From NCBI GenBank assembly GCA_963770835.1, contig CAVYRH010000010.1:151266-215265 (forward strand): 64,000 nucleotides of DNA. Direction: 5' to 3'. Shown here in pieces: positions 33,122 to 42,634 of the stretch (position 1 is the stretch's first letter; each line of letters starts with the position of its first letter). The notes below the pieces were generated by a model. It searched no databases. It was given only the letters and a program-made list of their open reading frames with translations, and had not been told where the DNA came from. This DNA comes from an uncultured Pseudomonadota bacterium. Its GTDB lineage: Bacteria > Oederibacteriota > Muellerivitia > Muellerivitales > Muellerivitaceae. Both the position numbers and the translations under genes were made by a program.

Positions 33122-34126
33122 TTGAAAAAACTTCCGGTTGTTCTCATCACAGGAGGGGCCGGCTATATCGGGAGCCACGCCGTTTCGGAAGCGAAGACTT
33201 TCGGGTTTGAGCCCGTCACCTACGACAACCTTTCCATGGGGCATAGTTGGGCGGTCCAGGGGAAATTCGTCAAGGGCGACTTGAACGACCGAAGTCGGTT
33301 GTTGAAGACTTTCCGCAAGTTCAAACCAGCGGCCGTGATGCATTTCGCCTCCCACACCTATGTGGGGGAATCAGTCACGAATCCCCAGAAGTACTACCAG
33401 GACAACCTTACCAACGCCATGAACCTTTTTTCCGTCATGCTGGAGCAAAAGACGAAGTTTTTTATCCTATCCTCCACTTGCGCGGTTTATGGCGACCCCG
33501 TGAAAATTCCAATCCCTGAGGACCATCCCCGCAATCCGGTCAATCCCTACGGCGATTCCAAAATGATGCTGGAAAAAATACTGGCCTGGTATGACAAGGC
33601 CTATGGTCTTCGATCCACCTTCCTGCGTTATTTCAACGCGGCGGGGGCGGATGCCTCGGGGAAAATGGGGGAAGTTCACGATCCCGAGACCCATTTGATC
33701 CCCCTGGTGCTGGACACCGCCATGGGGCGGCGCAAGGATATCACGGTTTTCGGGCAGGATTATCCCACGCCCGATGGAACCTGCGTGCGGGACTATATCC
33801 ACGTCACGGACCTGGCCGGCGCCCATTTCCTGGCCTTGAAGCTCATGATGGAAACCGACAAGAGCGATTTCTTCAATTTGGGGACTGGCAAAGGCTACTC
33901 GGTCCGGGAAGTCATCACCCAGGCCGAAGAGGTGACGGGAAAGAAGATACCCGTCCAGATGGGGCTGCGGAGGCCGGGTGACCCGCCCGAGCTGGTGGCC
34001 CAGGCCCAGAAAGCCCAGGAGGTTCTCCGTTGGCAGCCCCGGCACTCCAGCCTAGAGAATATCCTAAGGACGGCCTGGGCCTGGCATCAAGGTTACTTTG
34101 GGAAGAAGGCCAAACGGAAGAAGTAA
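33122..34126 (+). CDS. galE: UDP-glucose 4-epimerase
   Basis: TGGAGYIGSH, YGDSK, LRYFNAAGA, DGTCVRDYIHV. Confidence 0.95.
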   Translation: MKKLPVVLITGGAGYIGSHAVSEAKTFGFEPVTYDNLSMGHSWAVQGKFVKGDLNDRSRLLKTFRKFKPAAVMHFASHTYVGESVTNPQKYYQDNLTNAMNLFSVMLEQKTKFFILSSTCAVYGDPVKIPIPEDHPRNPVNPYGDSKMMLEKILAWYDKAYGLRSTFLRYFNAAGADASGKMGEVHDPETHLIPLVLDTAMGRRKDITVFGQDYPTPDGTCVRDYIHVTDLAGAHFLALKLMMETDKSDFFNLGTGKGYSVREVITQAEEVTGKKIPVQMGLRRPGDPPELVAQAQKAQEVLRWQPRHSSLENILRTAWAWHQGYFGKKAKRKK

Positions 34127-34127
34127 T

Positions 34128-34673
34128 CTATTTGAAGACGGTCTTGCGATAGAACTTCAATTCCTCGACGGTTTCCAGGATATCGTCCAGGGCTTTGTGC
34201 TTTTGCTTTTTCGCGGGCGCCTGGAACTCCGGCCCGTACCAGCGTTTGACCAGTTCCTTGATGGTGCTTACGTCCACCAGCCGGTAGTGAAGGTAGCCTT
34301 CTAGCTTGGGCATGTACTCGATCAAAAACCGGCGGTCCTGGTAGATGGTGTTCCCGCAGAGGGGGCTGCTTTTGGGCTTGCAATGCCGGGAGATGAATTC
34401 CAGGGTCTGTTGCTCGGCTTCGGCGAGGCTTGTTTTCGAGCCCTTCACCGCCTGGATCAATCCCGATTCCTTGTGGTGTTTCTTGTTCCAGTCGTCCATG
34501 GCATCCAGGATGGAATCGGGCTGGTGAACCACCAGGGCTGGCCCCTGGGCCACGGGATTCAATTCCTTATCGGTGATGAGGGTGGCGATTTCCAGGATGA
34601 CGCAGGTTTTGGGGTCCAAACCCGACATTTCCAAATCCATCCAAACGAAGTTTGTCTCTAGTTCCGGGGCCAT
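34128..34673 (-). CDS. orn: Oligoribonuclease
   Basis: WMDLEMSGLD, LCGNTIYQDRRF, DVSTIKEL, HKALDDI. Confidence 0.95.
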   Translation of the reverse strand: MAPELETNFVWMDLEMSGLDPKTCVILEIATLITDKELNPVAQGPALVVHQPDSILDAMDDWNKKHHKESGLIQAVKGSKTSLAEAEQQTLEFISRHCKPKSSPLCGNTIYQDRRFLIEYMPKLEGYLHYRLVDVSTIKELVKRWYGPEFQAPAKKQKHKALDDILETVEELKFYRKTVFK

Positions 34674-34740
34674 GGAATTCCCTTTAAAGGAAAATTTAAA
34701 TTCGAATTAAAGCTCACAAAGTAGAACGGGCGACAGCATA

Positions 34741-34775
34741 AAAGAAAAGCCCCTGGAAGAAAAGGTTTCCAGGGG
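34741..34775 (-). terminator. Intrinsic terminator on minus strand
   Basis: CCCCTGGAA/TTCCAGGGG stem followed by a U-rich tract on the minus strand. Confidence 0.5.
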
Positions 34776-34806
34776 TTTAGGATAAAAAACGGATTTGAAA
34801 TCAGCC

Positions 34807-34980
34807 GGCATTGCGAGAAACCCCGAAATTAAGAGGGCGACGAAGCAATCCATAAAAATTCAAAAATTGCAGTTTTATGGAATATTAATGATTGTCCTTG
34901 GCTTTTGGCCAAGGATGGTTGGCCTGGAATAAGGCCAACTACCGCAGGCATGTCGCCCTTTGGGCTCCTCGTAATTACGG
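34807..34980. repeat. Degenerate CGTC/TGTC-type REP doublet
   Basis: cattgcgag...gcgacgaagcaatcc left part and ctcctcgtaattac right part, related to the 42522-42603 element. Confidence 0.45.
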
Positions 34981-35065
34981 GTGATCGTCCTATTATCGGC
35001 GGGGGTGGAAAACAAAAAGTGCCTCCTGAATCAGGAAGCACTTTGGGACGGCTTGGAGTTTCGGA

Positions 35066-37282
35066 TTAACGGCCGCCGCCGCCGAACACCCGCATGATAG
35101 CGAAGTCGGCATTGTCACTGAACATTTTGGAGGCCATGGGGTCATATTTGACGGCCGCGCGCACCAGGTCCTTGGCCACGTCGATGTTGTCCTTGGCAAA
35201 GGACATGATGGCGGTCTTGGCCTCGCCCGGATCGGTCTGGGTCACTAGTTTCAGGATGGCCGCGATGTTCTTCTCGATCTTGTCGAACAGCACGTACCGT
35301 AGCAGGATCGCTATTCTGCGCTTGCTGATCTTGGGCGAGGGAGCGATGTTGTTGGCGATGGCGTTGATGAAATCGATGTAGTCGCTGATCGCGTCGTCGC
35401 GGCTGGCCTCGTCCTGCATGCTCTGGGTGGCCGCCAGGGAGAACTTCTTGTCCTGCCCCGTCCACTTCACCTTGGTTTCCTTCTCGATCTTGCCCATGTA
35501 GTCGCCCATAAAGGTCCCGGTCCTCACCTCGCCCCGGTAGTCATAAATGGGGTCCTTGGTGAGGTAAAGGGCGCAAAGGCGCAGCATCTGCACCTCCATC
35601 GGGTTGAATGTCACGAAGGCGCCCTTACGGACCGTTTCGCCGGAGACGAAGGACATGACGAACCGGTCTTCGAAGAAATCCACGAAGTTGCGCAGGGGCT
35701 CAATCATGATGGAGGGAATGATGTGTTTTCCCTCCCAGTCCCGGTTGAAGAGGTTGGTATGGATCTTCAGGATCTTGTCCAGAGCCGCCAGAACGGCAGG
35801 GGGGGTGCAGAGGCTGTCCATCGGGTCCCCCTGGTCGGGGAACTGCTTGGAAAGGAGAACGCGGGCCGCGGAAAAGGGGATCCTCATGGGGGAGGTGTCG
35901 GCCGCCCTCACGCAGACGTTGTTGGTGGTGTCGATGTCGGTGCGGATCTGCGCGATGACGACTTGTTCGAAAAGGGGGCCGGAAGTGGGGGGGGCCACCG
36001 TCGCCAGGCCGGTATCGGCGTTGGCGATTTCCTGTTGGCACTTGACCACGCTCTGGTATTTCTCCTCCACCTGCTTGCCGTTCTCGGAAATCTTGCCCAT
36101 GAGGGGCATGATCGGCGTGACCACTTTTGTCAGTTCCGCGGCGCTTGACCCCATCCTCCCCTCGGAGGCCTTAAGCGCGCCTTTGTCCTGTTCAGTCAGG
36201 GTATCTCCCTTGGTCCAGATGACTGCTATGGTCCGGAGGGTCTCCATGGCGCTTTTGGCGCTCTGTCCGGTGGAGGCATTCAAGGCGGCGATGACCTTGG
36301 GTGAGTTAGCATCGATCTGACCGATGGACAGGACGACCTCGCCCTTGACCTGGTCCATCTTGCGCTTCCACTCGTCGCGGATCTTCTGGCCGTCCACGGG
36401 GGAGGTGCGCATCATCACTTCGGCCTTGGCCATTTCCTGCTGGCACTTAAGGACCATCTGGTATTTCTCCTCGACCTGCCGGCTGTGCTCGGAGATGATT
36501 CCCATTTGGGCCTGCAACTCGTCCAACCACTTGGCCATGCCCCCGCCCGCCAGGCCGGTCTTGCCCTCGAAGGCCTTGAGGAAGGCTAATTCCTGTTCGG
36601 TCACGTTCTCGCCCCGGCCCCAAATGGCGGCCACCTTCTTGAGGATCTCCATGGCGCTCTTGGCGTTCTTTCCCGCGGCCTCATTGAAAGAGCCGATGAA
36701 CCTTGAGAAGTTGGACTCCATTTGGCCGATGGATATCCCGATCTCGGTCCGCAACTGGTTCATCTTGCGCTTCCACTCGTTCTTGACGTAGCTGTTATCG
36801 GAACCGGAGGCATTGCGCAGGTCCCGCTCCCGCTCCTTGCCCATTTTGAAGGAGACCAACTCGTTGCGGGCGATGGCCATGAACTTGTCGACCACGCAAT
36901 AAGCGGGGGCGGGGATCGTCTCGGGATTACGGCCCGAAAATGTTTTTAGGAGGGACGCATAAAAATGGGTCGGCAGTAGCTCAATGGCCTTGGTCTCTTT
37001 CTCGGTTTGGACGGTGATCTTGTCCCCGATGGCCCCGGTGCAAAGGAAGGTGGATTGCTCGGGATTGAGGTTGTTCAAGAGGTTGGAAACGATGTAATCC
37101 ACGAGTGCGTTGTAGGCGTTGCGCAATTTATCCGAGCGGGACTTTTCCGCCAGGGCCGAAGTGTCGGCGTCGTTGGCGAAGAAGCGGATAAAGTCCTCGA
37201 CCTTACCCCGGACTTCGCCATCCACCCCCTTCATGAGCTGTTCGTAATGGGTGCCGGTGACAGATTGAGTGGCAGTGGACAT
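35066..37282 (-). CDS. Hypothetical helical protein with internal 135-aa tandem duplication
   Basis: GGAGG RBS before MSTATQ; EWKRKM...AKSAME...QVEEKYQ..KCQQE occurs twice, 405 bp apart. Confidence 0.8.
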   Translation of the reverse strand: MSTATQSVTGTHYEQLMKGVDGEVRGKVEDFIRFFANDADTSALAEKSRSDKLRNAYNALVDYIVSNLLNNLNPEQSTFLCTGAIGDKITVQTEKETKAIELLPTHFYASLLKTFSGRNPETIPAPAYCVVDKFMAIARNELVSFKMGKERERDLRNASGSDNSYVKNEWKRKMNQLRTEIGISIGQMESNFSRFIGSFNEAAGKNAKSAMEILKKVAAIWGRGENVTEQELAFLKAFEGKTGLAGGGMAKWLDELQAQMGIISEHSRQVEEKYQMVLKCQQEMAKAEVMMRTSPVDGQKIRDEWKRKMDQVKGEVVLSIGQIDANSPKVIAALNASTGQSAKSAMETLRTIAVIWTKGDTLTEQDKGALKASEGRMGSSAAELTKVVTPIMPLMGKISENGKQVEEKYQSVVKCQQEIANADTGLATVAPPTSGPLFEQVVIAQIRTDIDTTNNVCVRAADTSPMRIPFSAARVLLSKQFPDQGDPMDSLCTPPAVLAALDKILKIHTNLFNRDWEGKHIIPSIMIEPLRNFVDFFEDRFVMSFVSGETVRKGAFVTFNPMEVQMLRLCALYLTKDPIYDYRGEVRTGTFMGDYMGKIEKETKVKWTGQDKKFSLAATQSMQDEASRDDAISDYIDFINAIANNIAPSPKISKRRIAILLRYVLFDKIEKNIAAILKLVTQTDPGEAKTAIMSFAKDNIDVAKDLVRAAVKYDPMASKMFSDNADFAIMRVFGGGGR

Positions 37283-37379
37283 AAAAGAAGCCTCCAGGGG
37301 CGAAATGGAAAACTTAGGGAGCGCCATTATATATAAAAAAGGGAATTAAACCAAAGGAGGTTTAAAGTCGCCGCATTGA

Positions 37380-37400
37380 AACCACGGCTTTAGTCGTGGG
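37380..37400. repeat. IS200/IS605-end-like hairpin
   Basis: CCACGGCT TT AGTCGTGG resembles IS605-group subterminal hairpins; no tnpA or tnpB nearby. Confidence 0.4.
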
Positions 37401-37711
37401 TGAAAGACGTCCCAGCCAAAGGCTGGGCAAGCCCGGGGGGCTCCAACCAGGCCGGGGACGGGAGCGCCCTGAAACTAAAAACAAGGCGCATTTTTTAAGG
37501 CCGTTTTACCGTTTAAAGGTTTATGGATGGAGAATACACTCGCAACATTTCGTCATGAGGTAGTTGTACACAGGGGTCTTTCCCTGTGAGTGGCTTTGGA
37601 ACAAGGGGAACTCCAACGGGGTTTCTACCCTTGTCAGCCACTTCAGGCTTGTTTTTTATGGGAGCCGTGCTTCAATAGTGATCCCCAATACCCCTTGAGC
37701 AAGGAGAGGCG

Positions 37712-38338
37712 ATGAAATTCTATAGCGACAGCTTCAGCGACGGTTCCCGTATGCGGGAGGAATATGTCTTCCTCAAGCCCCACAACACCCACCAAGCGGA
37801 GTTGGCCAGGAACCGCAACCCCCATTTCTCCTGGGGCGATATGCCGGAGGGCACCAAATCCCTCGTCATCGTCATGCACGACATCGACGCCCCGACCAGC
37901 CGCGACTTCGTGAACAAGGCAGGAAAAGTGGTCCCCTATGAATATCCCCGCACCGAGTTCTACCATTGGGCGATGGTGGACCTGGACACCAAGACCTTCA
38001 TCCAGACCGGCGAATTCAGCAAGGAGGTCACGGTCAAGGGCAAGCCCGGCCCGTCCGGCGCCCGCGGCACCCGGCATGCCATTAACGATTTCACTGAATG
38101 GTACAAGGGAAACCCGAACATGGAAGGCACTTACTTCGGCTATGACGGGCCCGCTCCGCCCTGGAACGACGAAAAACTCCACACCTACATCTTCACCCTC
38201 TACGCCTTGAGGGAAAAGAGGTGCCCGGTCGAAGGCAACTTCACCTGCAAGGACGTCTTGAACGCCTTGAGCGGCTTGATTTTGGACAAAGCCACACTCA
38301 AGTGCACCTACGCCATCTACTCCAAGGCACGGCCCTAG
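37712..38338 (+). CDS. YbhB/YbcL (PEBP) family protein
   Basis: NPHFSW, HDIDAP, FYHW, GYDGPAPPWND, HTYIFTLYAL. Confidence 0.92.
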   Translation: MKFYSDSFSDGSRMREEYVFLKPHNTHQAELARNRNPHFSWGDMPEGTKSLVIVMHDIDAPTSRDFVNKAGKVVPYEYPRTEFYHWAMVDLDTKTFIQTGEFSKEVTVKGKPGPSGARGTRHAINDFTEWYKGNPNMEGTYFGYDGPAPPWNDEKLHTYIFTLYALREKRCPVEGNFTCKDVLNALSGLILDKATLKCTYAIYSKARP

Positions 38339-38344
38339 CAGAGG

Positions 38345-38670
38345 CCCAGCCTACCCTTGTTTTCCTTTCAAAATCGGGCGAAGCCCGAATAAGGAAACAA
38401 GGGTCATACCGTTCTCACTGTTTGGGCCAAAGGCCCAATTTAATTATGAAGAACGGCATAGCAGTGGCGATTTCGAAGGCTCCATCGCCTTGGCTGGGCA
38501 CAACCAAAGCGCGCCCCCGGTCCTAACGGCGCTCACAGGGAGACCCACTGTGTACCCTCAAAACCGAACTGGCCGAGGGGCAGGTGCCTGCTACCGGCCC
38601 TCTACCTAGCGGCCCGCGGCCTTGAATTCGTCCTCGCACAAAGGGCCTGGCATTGCCGCTTGGCGGAATT
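38345..38670. other. Multi-hairpin intergenic element (candidate ncRNA or composite repeat)
   Basis: At least six consecutive stems between convergent genes. Confidence 0.4.
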
Positions 38671-38688
38671 TTTGAGATTTAGGTTTCA

Positions 38689-39153
38689 TCATTTGAACGT
38701 AGAAGGATCAAGCGACCAAAGCCATTTCCAGGTTTTGCCCTTCCGCTCGAAAGCAACCACACCCCCCGTGGGGAAGGTTATCTCGGCTTCGGGTGAATCG
38801 CCCGCCAGCAGGGACGCCAGTTCCCCGATGAAGGGAAGATGGCTGACCAATACAAGGGAGTTCCCCTTGAAGTCATTGATTTCCCCATAAACCTCCTGGG
38901 CATCCCCTTCGGGTTTCAATTCCTTTTTTTCCTCAACTTTGGTTCCGTTTTTTCCGACGACCCCCAGGAAGATCTCGGCGGTTTGAACGGCGCGGGTTTT
39001 GGGGCTGTGCCAAAGGTTTTGGACCTTGAGGCCTTTTTTTTTGAAATAGCCGGCCACGCGGGCTACCTCCTCCCGGCCCGTTGAAGTCAGGGAACGGGGC
39101 CCGTCGGGGTCCTGCCGCGCGGCTTTGCCGTGGCGAAGAAGATAAAGCACCAT
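38689..39153 (-). CDS. sixA: Phosphohistidine phosphatase
   Basis: LYLLRHGKA, HSPKTRAVQTA, LVSHLP. Confidence 0.9.
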   Translation of the reverse strand: MVLYLLRHGKAARQDPDGPRSLTSTGREEVARVAGYFKKKGLKVQNLWHSPKTRAVQTAEIFLGVVGKNGTKVEEKKELKPEGDAQEVYGEINDFKGNSLVLVSHLPFIGELASLLAGDSPEAEITFPTGGVVAFERKGKTWKWLWSLDPSTFK

Positions 39154-39222
39154 AAGTTCACCTCATTATATAAACCGCTATTCATTATTGATTCGACGGC
39201 ATAACCGGCTGGCGGTGGCGTC

Positions 39223-39771
39223 CTATTTGCGGTCCTGGACGCGTGCCTTGAAGCGCCGGTTGAACTCCTCCAAGTGCATCCAGGATTTCCAATCCCTCAT
39301 ACGGTCAATATAGAAGAAGCCGTTCAAGTGGTCCACTTCATGTTGCACCACGCGGGCCTCGAAGCCCCGGACGGTCCGCCGGATCCTCAAGCCGCCGGGC
39401 GTGGTCGCCTCGAAGGTCACCCAGCGGGAGCGAGGGACGATACCCCTAAACCCCGGGATGCTCAGGCACCCTTCCCAGCCCTTTACAACGGATTTGGAAT
39501 ATTTCACGATACGGGCGTTCACGTAGGCTTGAAGGGGAAAGGAAGCCACCTTGGGATAGCGCTTGTTGCCGTGGCATTCCATCACGAAAACACGGCGATT
39601 TTGCCCGATTTGGTTGGCCGCCAAGCCGACTCCCTGGGCCTTTCGCATGGTCAAAGCCATTTGTTTCAGGAAAGCCTGAAACTTTTTATTTTTCAATTGA
39701 TATAAGCTGACATTCGAAATCTTGCGGCGAAGGACCGGGTTTCCGATTTTGACGATAGTAGGTATCTTCAT
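39223..39771 (-). CDS. def: Peptide deformylase
   Basis: GVGLAANQIG, EGCLS, QHEVDHLNG. Confidence 0.95.
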   Translation of the reverse strand: MKIPTIVKIGNPVLRRKISNVSLYQLKNKKFQAFLKQMALTMRKAQGVGLAANQIGQNRRVFVMECHGNKRYPKVASFPLQAYVNARIVKYSKSVVKGWEGCLSIPGFRGIVPRSRWVTFEATTPGGLRIRRTVRGFEARVVQHEVDHLNGFFYIDRMRDWKSWMHLEEFNRRFKARVQDRK

Positions 39772-39870
39772 GAAAGAGCTTTCTTTTTGGTTATCCCTAA
39801 GTTTGCGCTTCATTTTTAACCGAAAAACAATAAACTGACGGACACTTTTTGTGAAAGGCTCCAACCCGAC

Positions 39871-41250
39871 ATGCCCTCCCAGTTTATTTCATTCCCCAAG
39901 GACTTTCTATGGGGCGCCGCCACCAGTTCCTTCCAGATCGAAGGTCACCCCCTGGCCGACGGGGCCGCCTCCAGCGACTGGTACCGCTTCACGAAGATGC
40001 CCGGCCGTATCGACAAGGGCGACAATGCCGACATTGCCTGTGACCACTACCACCGTTACAAAGAAGACGTGGCCTTGATGAAGGGCTTGGGGCTCAATAC
40101 CTACCGCTTTTCCATTTCCTGGCCGCGCGTCATGGCCGGGCGTGGACAGGTCAACGCCAAGGGCCTGGATTTCTACCGACGTCTCCTGGGGGAACTGAAC
40201 AACGCGGGTATCATCCCCAATGTCACCCTGTTCCACTGGGAAGTTCCGGACTGGGCCGAGGGCAACTGGGAAAACCGCGAGACCGCCTACGCCTTCCGCG
40301 AATACGCCGAGGTCGTTTTCAAGGCCCTCGGCAAGGAAGCCCCTTTCTGGAGCACCATGAACGAACCCATCTGCGTGGCCGAACTGGGCCGCCTCTTTGG
40401 ACACTTCCCCCCGGGGATCAGCGACCGCAAATCCTACGGCCTTGTGGCCCACCACCTCAACCTGGCCCACGGCCTGGCGGTGCAAACCTTCCGACAGATG
40501 AACCTGCCGGGCGAGATCGGCTGGGTCCACGCGCTCCACCAAATGGTGCCTGTCTCCCAGGACGAAAAAGATCTCGAGCACGCCAAGTGGATGCAGGACA
40601 TCCAACACGGCGTCTACCTCGCCCCCGCCGCGGGCCGGGGCTACCCGAAAGTCTTCTTCGAGTACGCCGGGAAACCGGAGGGCTACCGGGACGAAGACCT
40701 CAAAACCATCGCCCAGCCCATCGACTTCCTGGGCGTGAACAATTATTTCCCAACCTACGTGCGCTACTCCCCCGGGTTTGACGCTCTTAACAACAACCGC
40801 AGCCCCTTGCCGGGCGAACCCTTGAACGACCTGGATTGGCCCGTGGCACCCGGATCCCTTTACGATCTTTTGACCTACCTTTGGAAGGACTACGGCTTCA
40901 AGAAGATGCTCATCACCGAGAACGGCTTCGCCACCCGCGATTCCCTGCGCAGCCTGGAACAAACCCTGCACGACGACGCGCGGGTGCACTACCTGGGCAT
41001 CCACCTGGAGGCGGTGCACCGGGCCCTGGCGGCCGGCGTGCCCTTGAAGGGTTATTACGCCTGGTCGCTACTGGACAATTTCGAGTGGGCCTACGGCTAT
41101 GACCCGCGCTTTGGGATCGTCCATGTCGATTACAAAACGCAGAAGCGCACTCTCAAGGACAGCGCCAAGTGGTATAAAGAAGTCATCACCCAGAATGGCT
41201 TCGACCCAGGGGGCCTACCTAAGAACCCCAGCTACCGGTATAAAAAATAA
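39871..41250 (+). CDS. Glycoside hydrolase family 1 beta-glucosidase
   Basis: FLWGAATSSFQIEG, NEP, ITENG, WSLLDNFEW. Confidence 0.95.
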   Translation: MPSQFISFPKDFLWGAATSSFQIEGHPLADGAASSDWYRFTKMPGRIDKGDNADIACDHYHRYKEDVALMKGLGLNTYRFSISWPRVMAGRGQVNAKGLDFYRRLLGELNNAGIIPNVTLFHWEVPDWAEGNWENRETAYAFREYAEVVFKALGKEAPFWSTMNEPICVAELGRLFGHFPPGISDRKSYGLVAHHLNLAHGLAVQTFRQMNLPGEIGWVHALHQMVPVSQDEKDLEHAKWMQDIQHGVYLAPAAGRGYPKVFFEYAGKPEGYRDEDLKTIAQPIDFLGVNNYFPTYVRYSPGFDALNNNRSPLPGEPLNDLDWPVAPGSLYDLLTYLWKDYGFKKMLITENGFATRDSLRSLEQTLHDDARVHYLGIHLEAVHRALAAGVPLKGYYAWSLLDNFEWAYGYDPRFGIVHVDYKTQKRTLKDSAKWYKEVITQNGFDPGGLPKNPSYRYKK

Positions 41251-41262
41251 CCATCTCGAATT

Positions 41263-41338
41263 ACAGAGTACACAGAGTTGAAGCTTTAGAATTTTGTTTA
41301 AATTCGAGGTCGGAATTTTTACTCTGTGTACTCTGTGG
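41263..41338. repeat. ACAGAGTACACAGAG inverted repeat element, copy 1
   Basis: acagagtacacagagt ... actctgtgtactctgt. Confidence 0.75.
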
Positions 41339-41361
41339 CTAAAGATTTTAGGGGTGTGCCC

Positions 41362-42510
41362 ATGCCGACTTTCCACGACGACCTTGAATTCCTAAAAAAC
41401 CATACCGAAATCCACGTCCTTTCCGACAGCAAAGGACGGCAAGTTATCGTTTCTCCCAAACTACAGGGCCGGGTTTTTACCAGTACCCTGGGTGGCCCTT
41501 TGGGCTTGAGCCATGGCTGGGTCAACCGGGAACTGCTGGCTTCGGGCGAATCAAAGCCTCACTTCAACGCTTATGGCGGCGAGGACCGCTTTTGGTTGGG
41601 CCCAGAAGGCGGCCAGTTCGCACTTTTTTTCGCGCCCGGCGCGCCCTTCGACCTGGAACATTCCTACGTCCCCGTGCCTTTCGACAAGGAACCTTTTGAA
41701 ACAGCGGAAAAAAATGAAAGAACCATCCATCTCCGCAAGGAAATGCGGCTTCCCAATTACTCCGGATTCATCTTTCGACTCGAGGTGGACCGTTCGGTGA
41801 ACCTTTTGGGCGATCGGGAAATTTTTCCGGCCCTAGGACTGGAACCCACCGGCCTGAAAACCGTCGGTTTCGAATCGGTCAACACCGTTTGGAACCGGGG
41901 TCCGGAAGCCTGGCAAAGGGAAACGGGGCTGGTTTCCATCTGGATCCTGGGCATGTTCCAGCCTTCCGAAAAATCCACGGTGGTCATTCCCTTCGTCCCT
42001 GGCCCGGAGAAGGAATTGGGTCCTACGGTGAATGATTCCTATTTCGGCAAGGTGCCGGAGGGCCGGCTGAAGGTGGGGAAGGACGCGCTTTTTTTCAGCG
42101 GCGACGGCCAATGCCGCAGCAAGATCGGGATCGCCCCGAAAAGGGCGAAGCCGGTCATGGGTTCCTGGGATGCCCGGGAGAAAATCCTGACCATCGCCAA
42201 GTACACCCTGCCAGAAAAGCCCGGGACTTACGTGAATTCCATGTGGGAAATCCAGAAGGATCCCTTCGGGGGGGACGTGGTCAACAGCTACAACGACGGT
42301 CCGCCGGGGCTGGGCCTGAAGCCCCAGGGGCCCTTTTTCGAGCTGGAAACCTCCTCGCCCGCCGCGGCCTTAAAGCCGGGGGAAAGCCTCACCCACGTCC
42401 ACCAGACTTTCCACTTCGCCGGCGATACCCAGGCCCTGGACAAGGCCGCCCGCAAGCTTTTGGGGGTGTCCCTCGCTGAGATTGAATCGGCGCTTTCGCC
42501 GAAGGTGTGA
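41362..42510 (+). CDS. Conserved protein (DUF6786-like, possible mutarotase-type fold)
   Basis: QGRVFTST, YGGEDRFWLGPEGGQF, NSYNDGP, ELETSSPA. Confidence 0.65.
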   Translation: MPTFHDDLEFLKNHTEIHVLSDSKGRQVIVSPKLQGRVFTSTLGGPLGLSHGWVNRELLASGESKPHFNAYGGEDRFWLGPEGGQFALFFAPGAPFDLEHSYVPVPFDKEPFETAEKNERTIHLRKEMRLPNYSGFIFRLEVDRSVNLLGDREIFPALGLEPTGLKTVGFESVNTVWNRGPEAWQRETGLVSIWILGMFQPSEKSTVVIPFVPGPEKELGPTVNDSYFGKVPEGRLKVGKDALFFSGDGQCRSKIGIAPKRAKPVMGSWDAREKILTIAKYTLPEKPGTYVNSMWEIQKDPFGGDVVNSYNDGPPGLGLKPQGPFFELETSSPAAALKPGESLTHVHQTFHFAGDTQALDKAARKLLGVSLAEIESALSPKV

Positions 42511-42521
42511 TTTTTCTTTTT

Positions 42522-42603
42522 TGTCATTCCGAGGAGCCGATAGGCTCGGCTCCTCGGAATGACAGCAAACTAAAACGTCTCCTGACAGTTCCTCGCAATG
42601 ACA
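42522..42603. repeat. TGTC/CGTC-type REP palindrome plus half-site
   Basis: 19-bp perfect arms TGTCATTCCGAGGAGCCGA / TCGGCTCCTCGGAATGACA, then CCTCGCAATGACA. Confidence 0.75.
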
Positions 42604-42634
42604 ACCCTTTAAAGCGTTGTTATATTAAAGCCCC

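Noticed and set aside
38466..38490. GGCGATGGAG...TCGCC on the minus strand resembling a fluoride riboswitch
   Set aside because: Loop is too long, the downstream GCTRATGAC pseudoknot part is missing, and no suitable downstream gene exists
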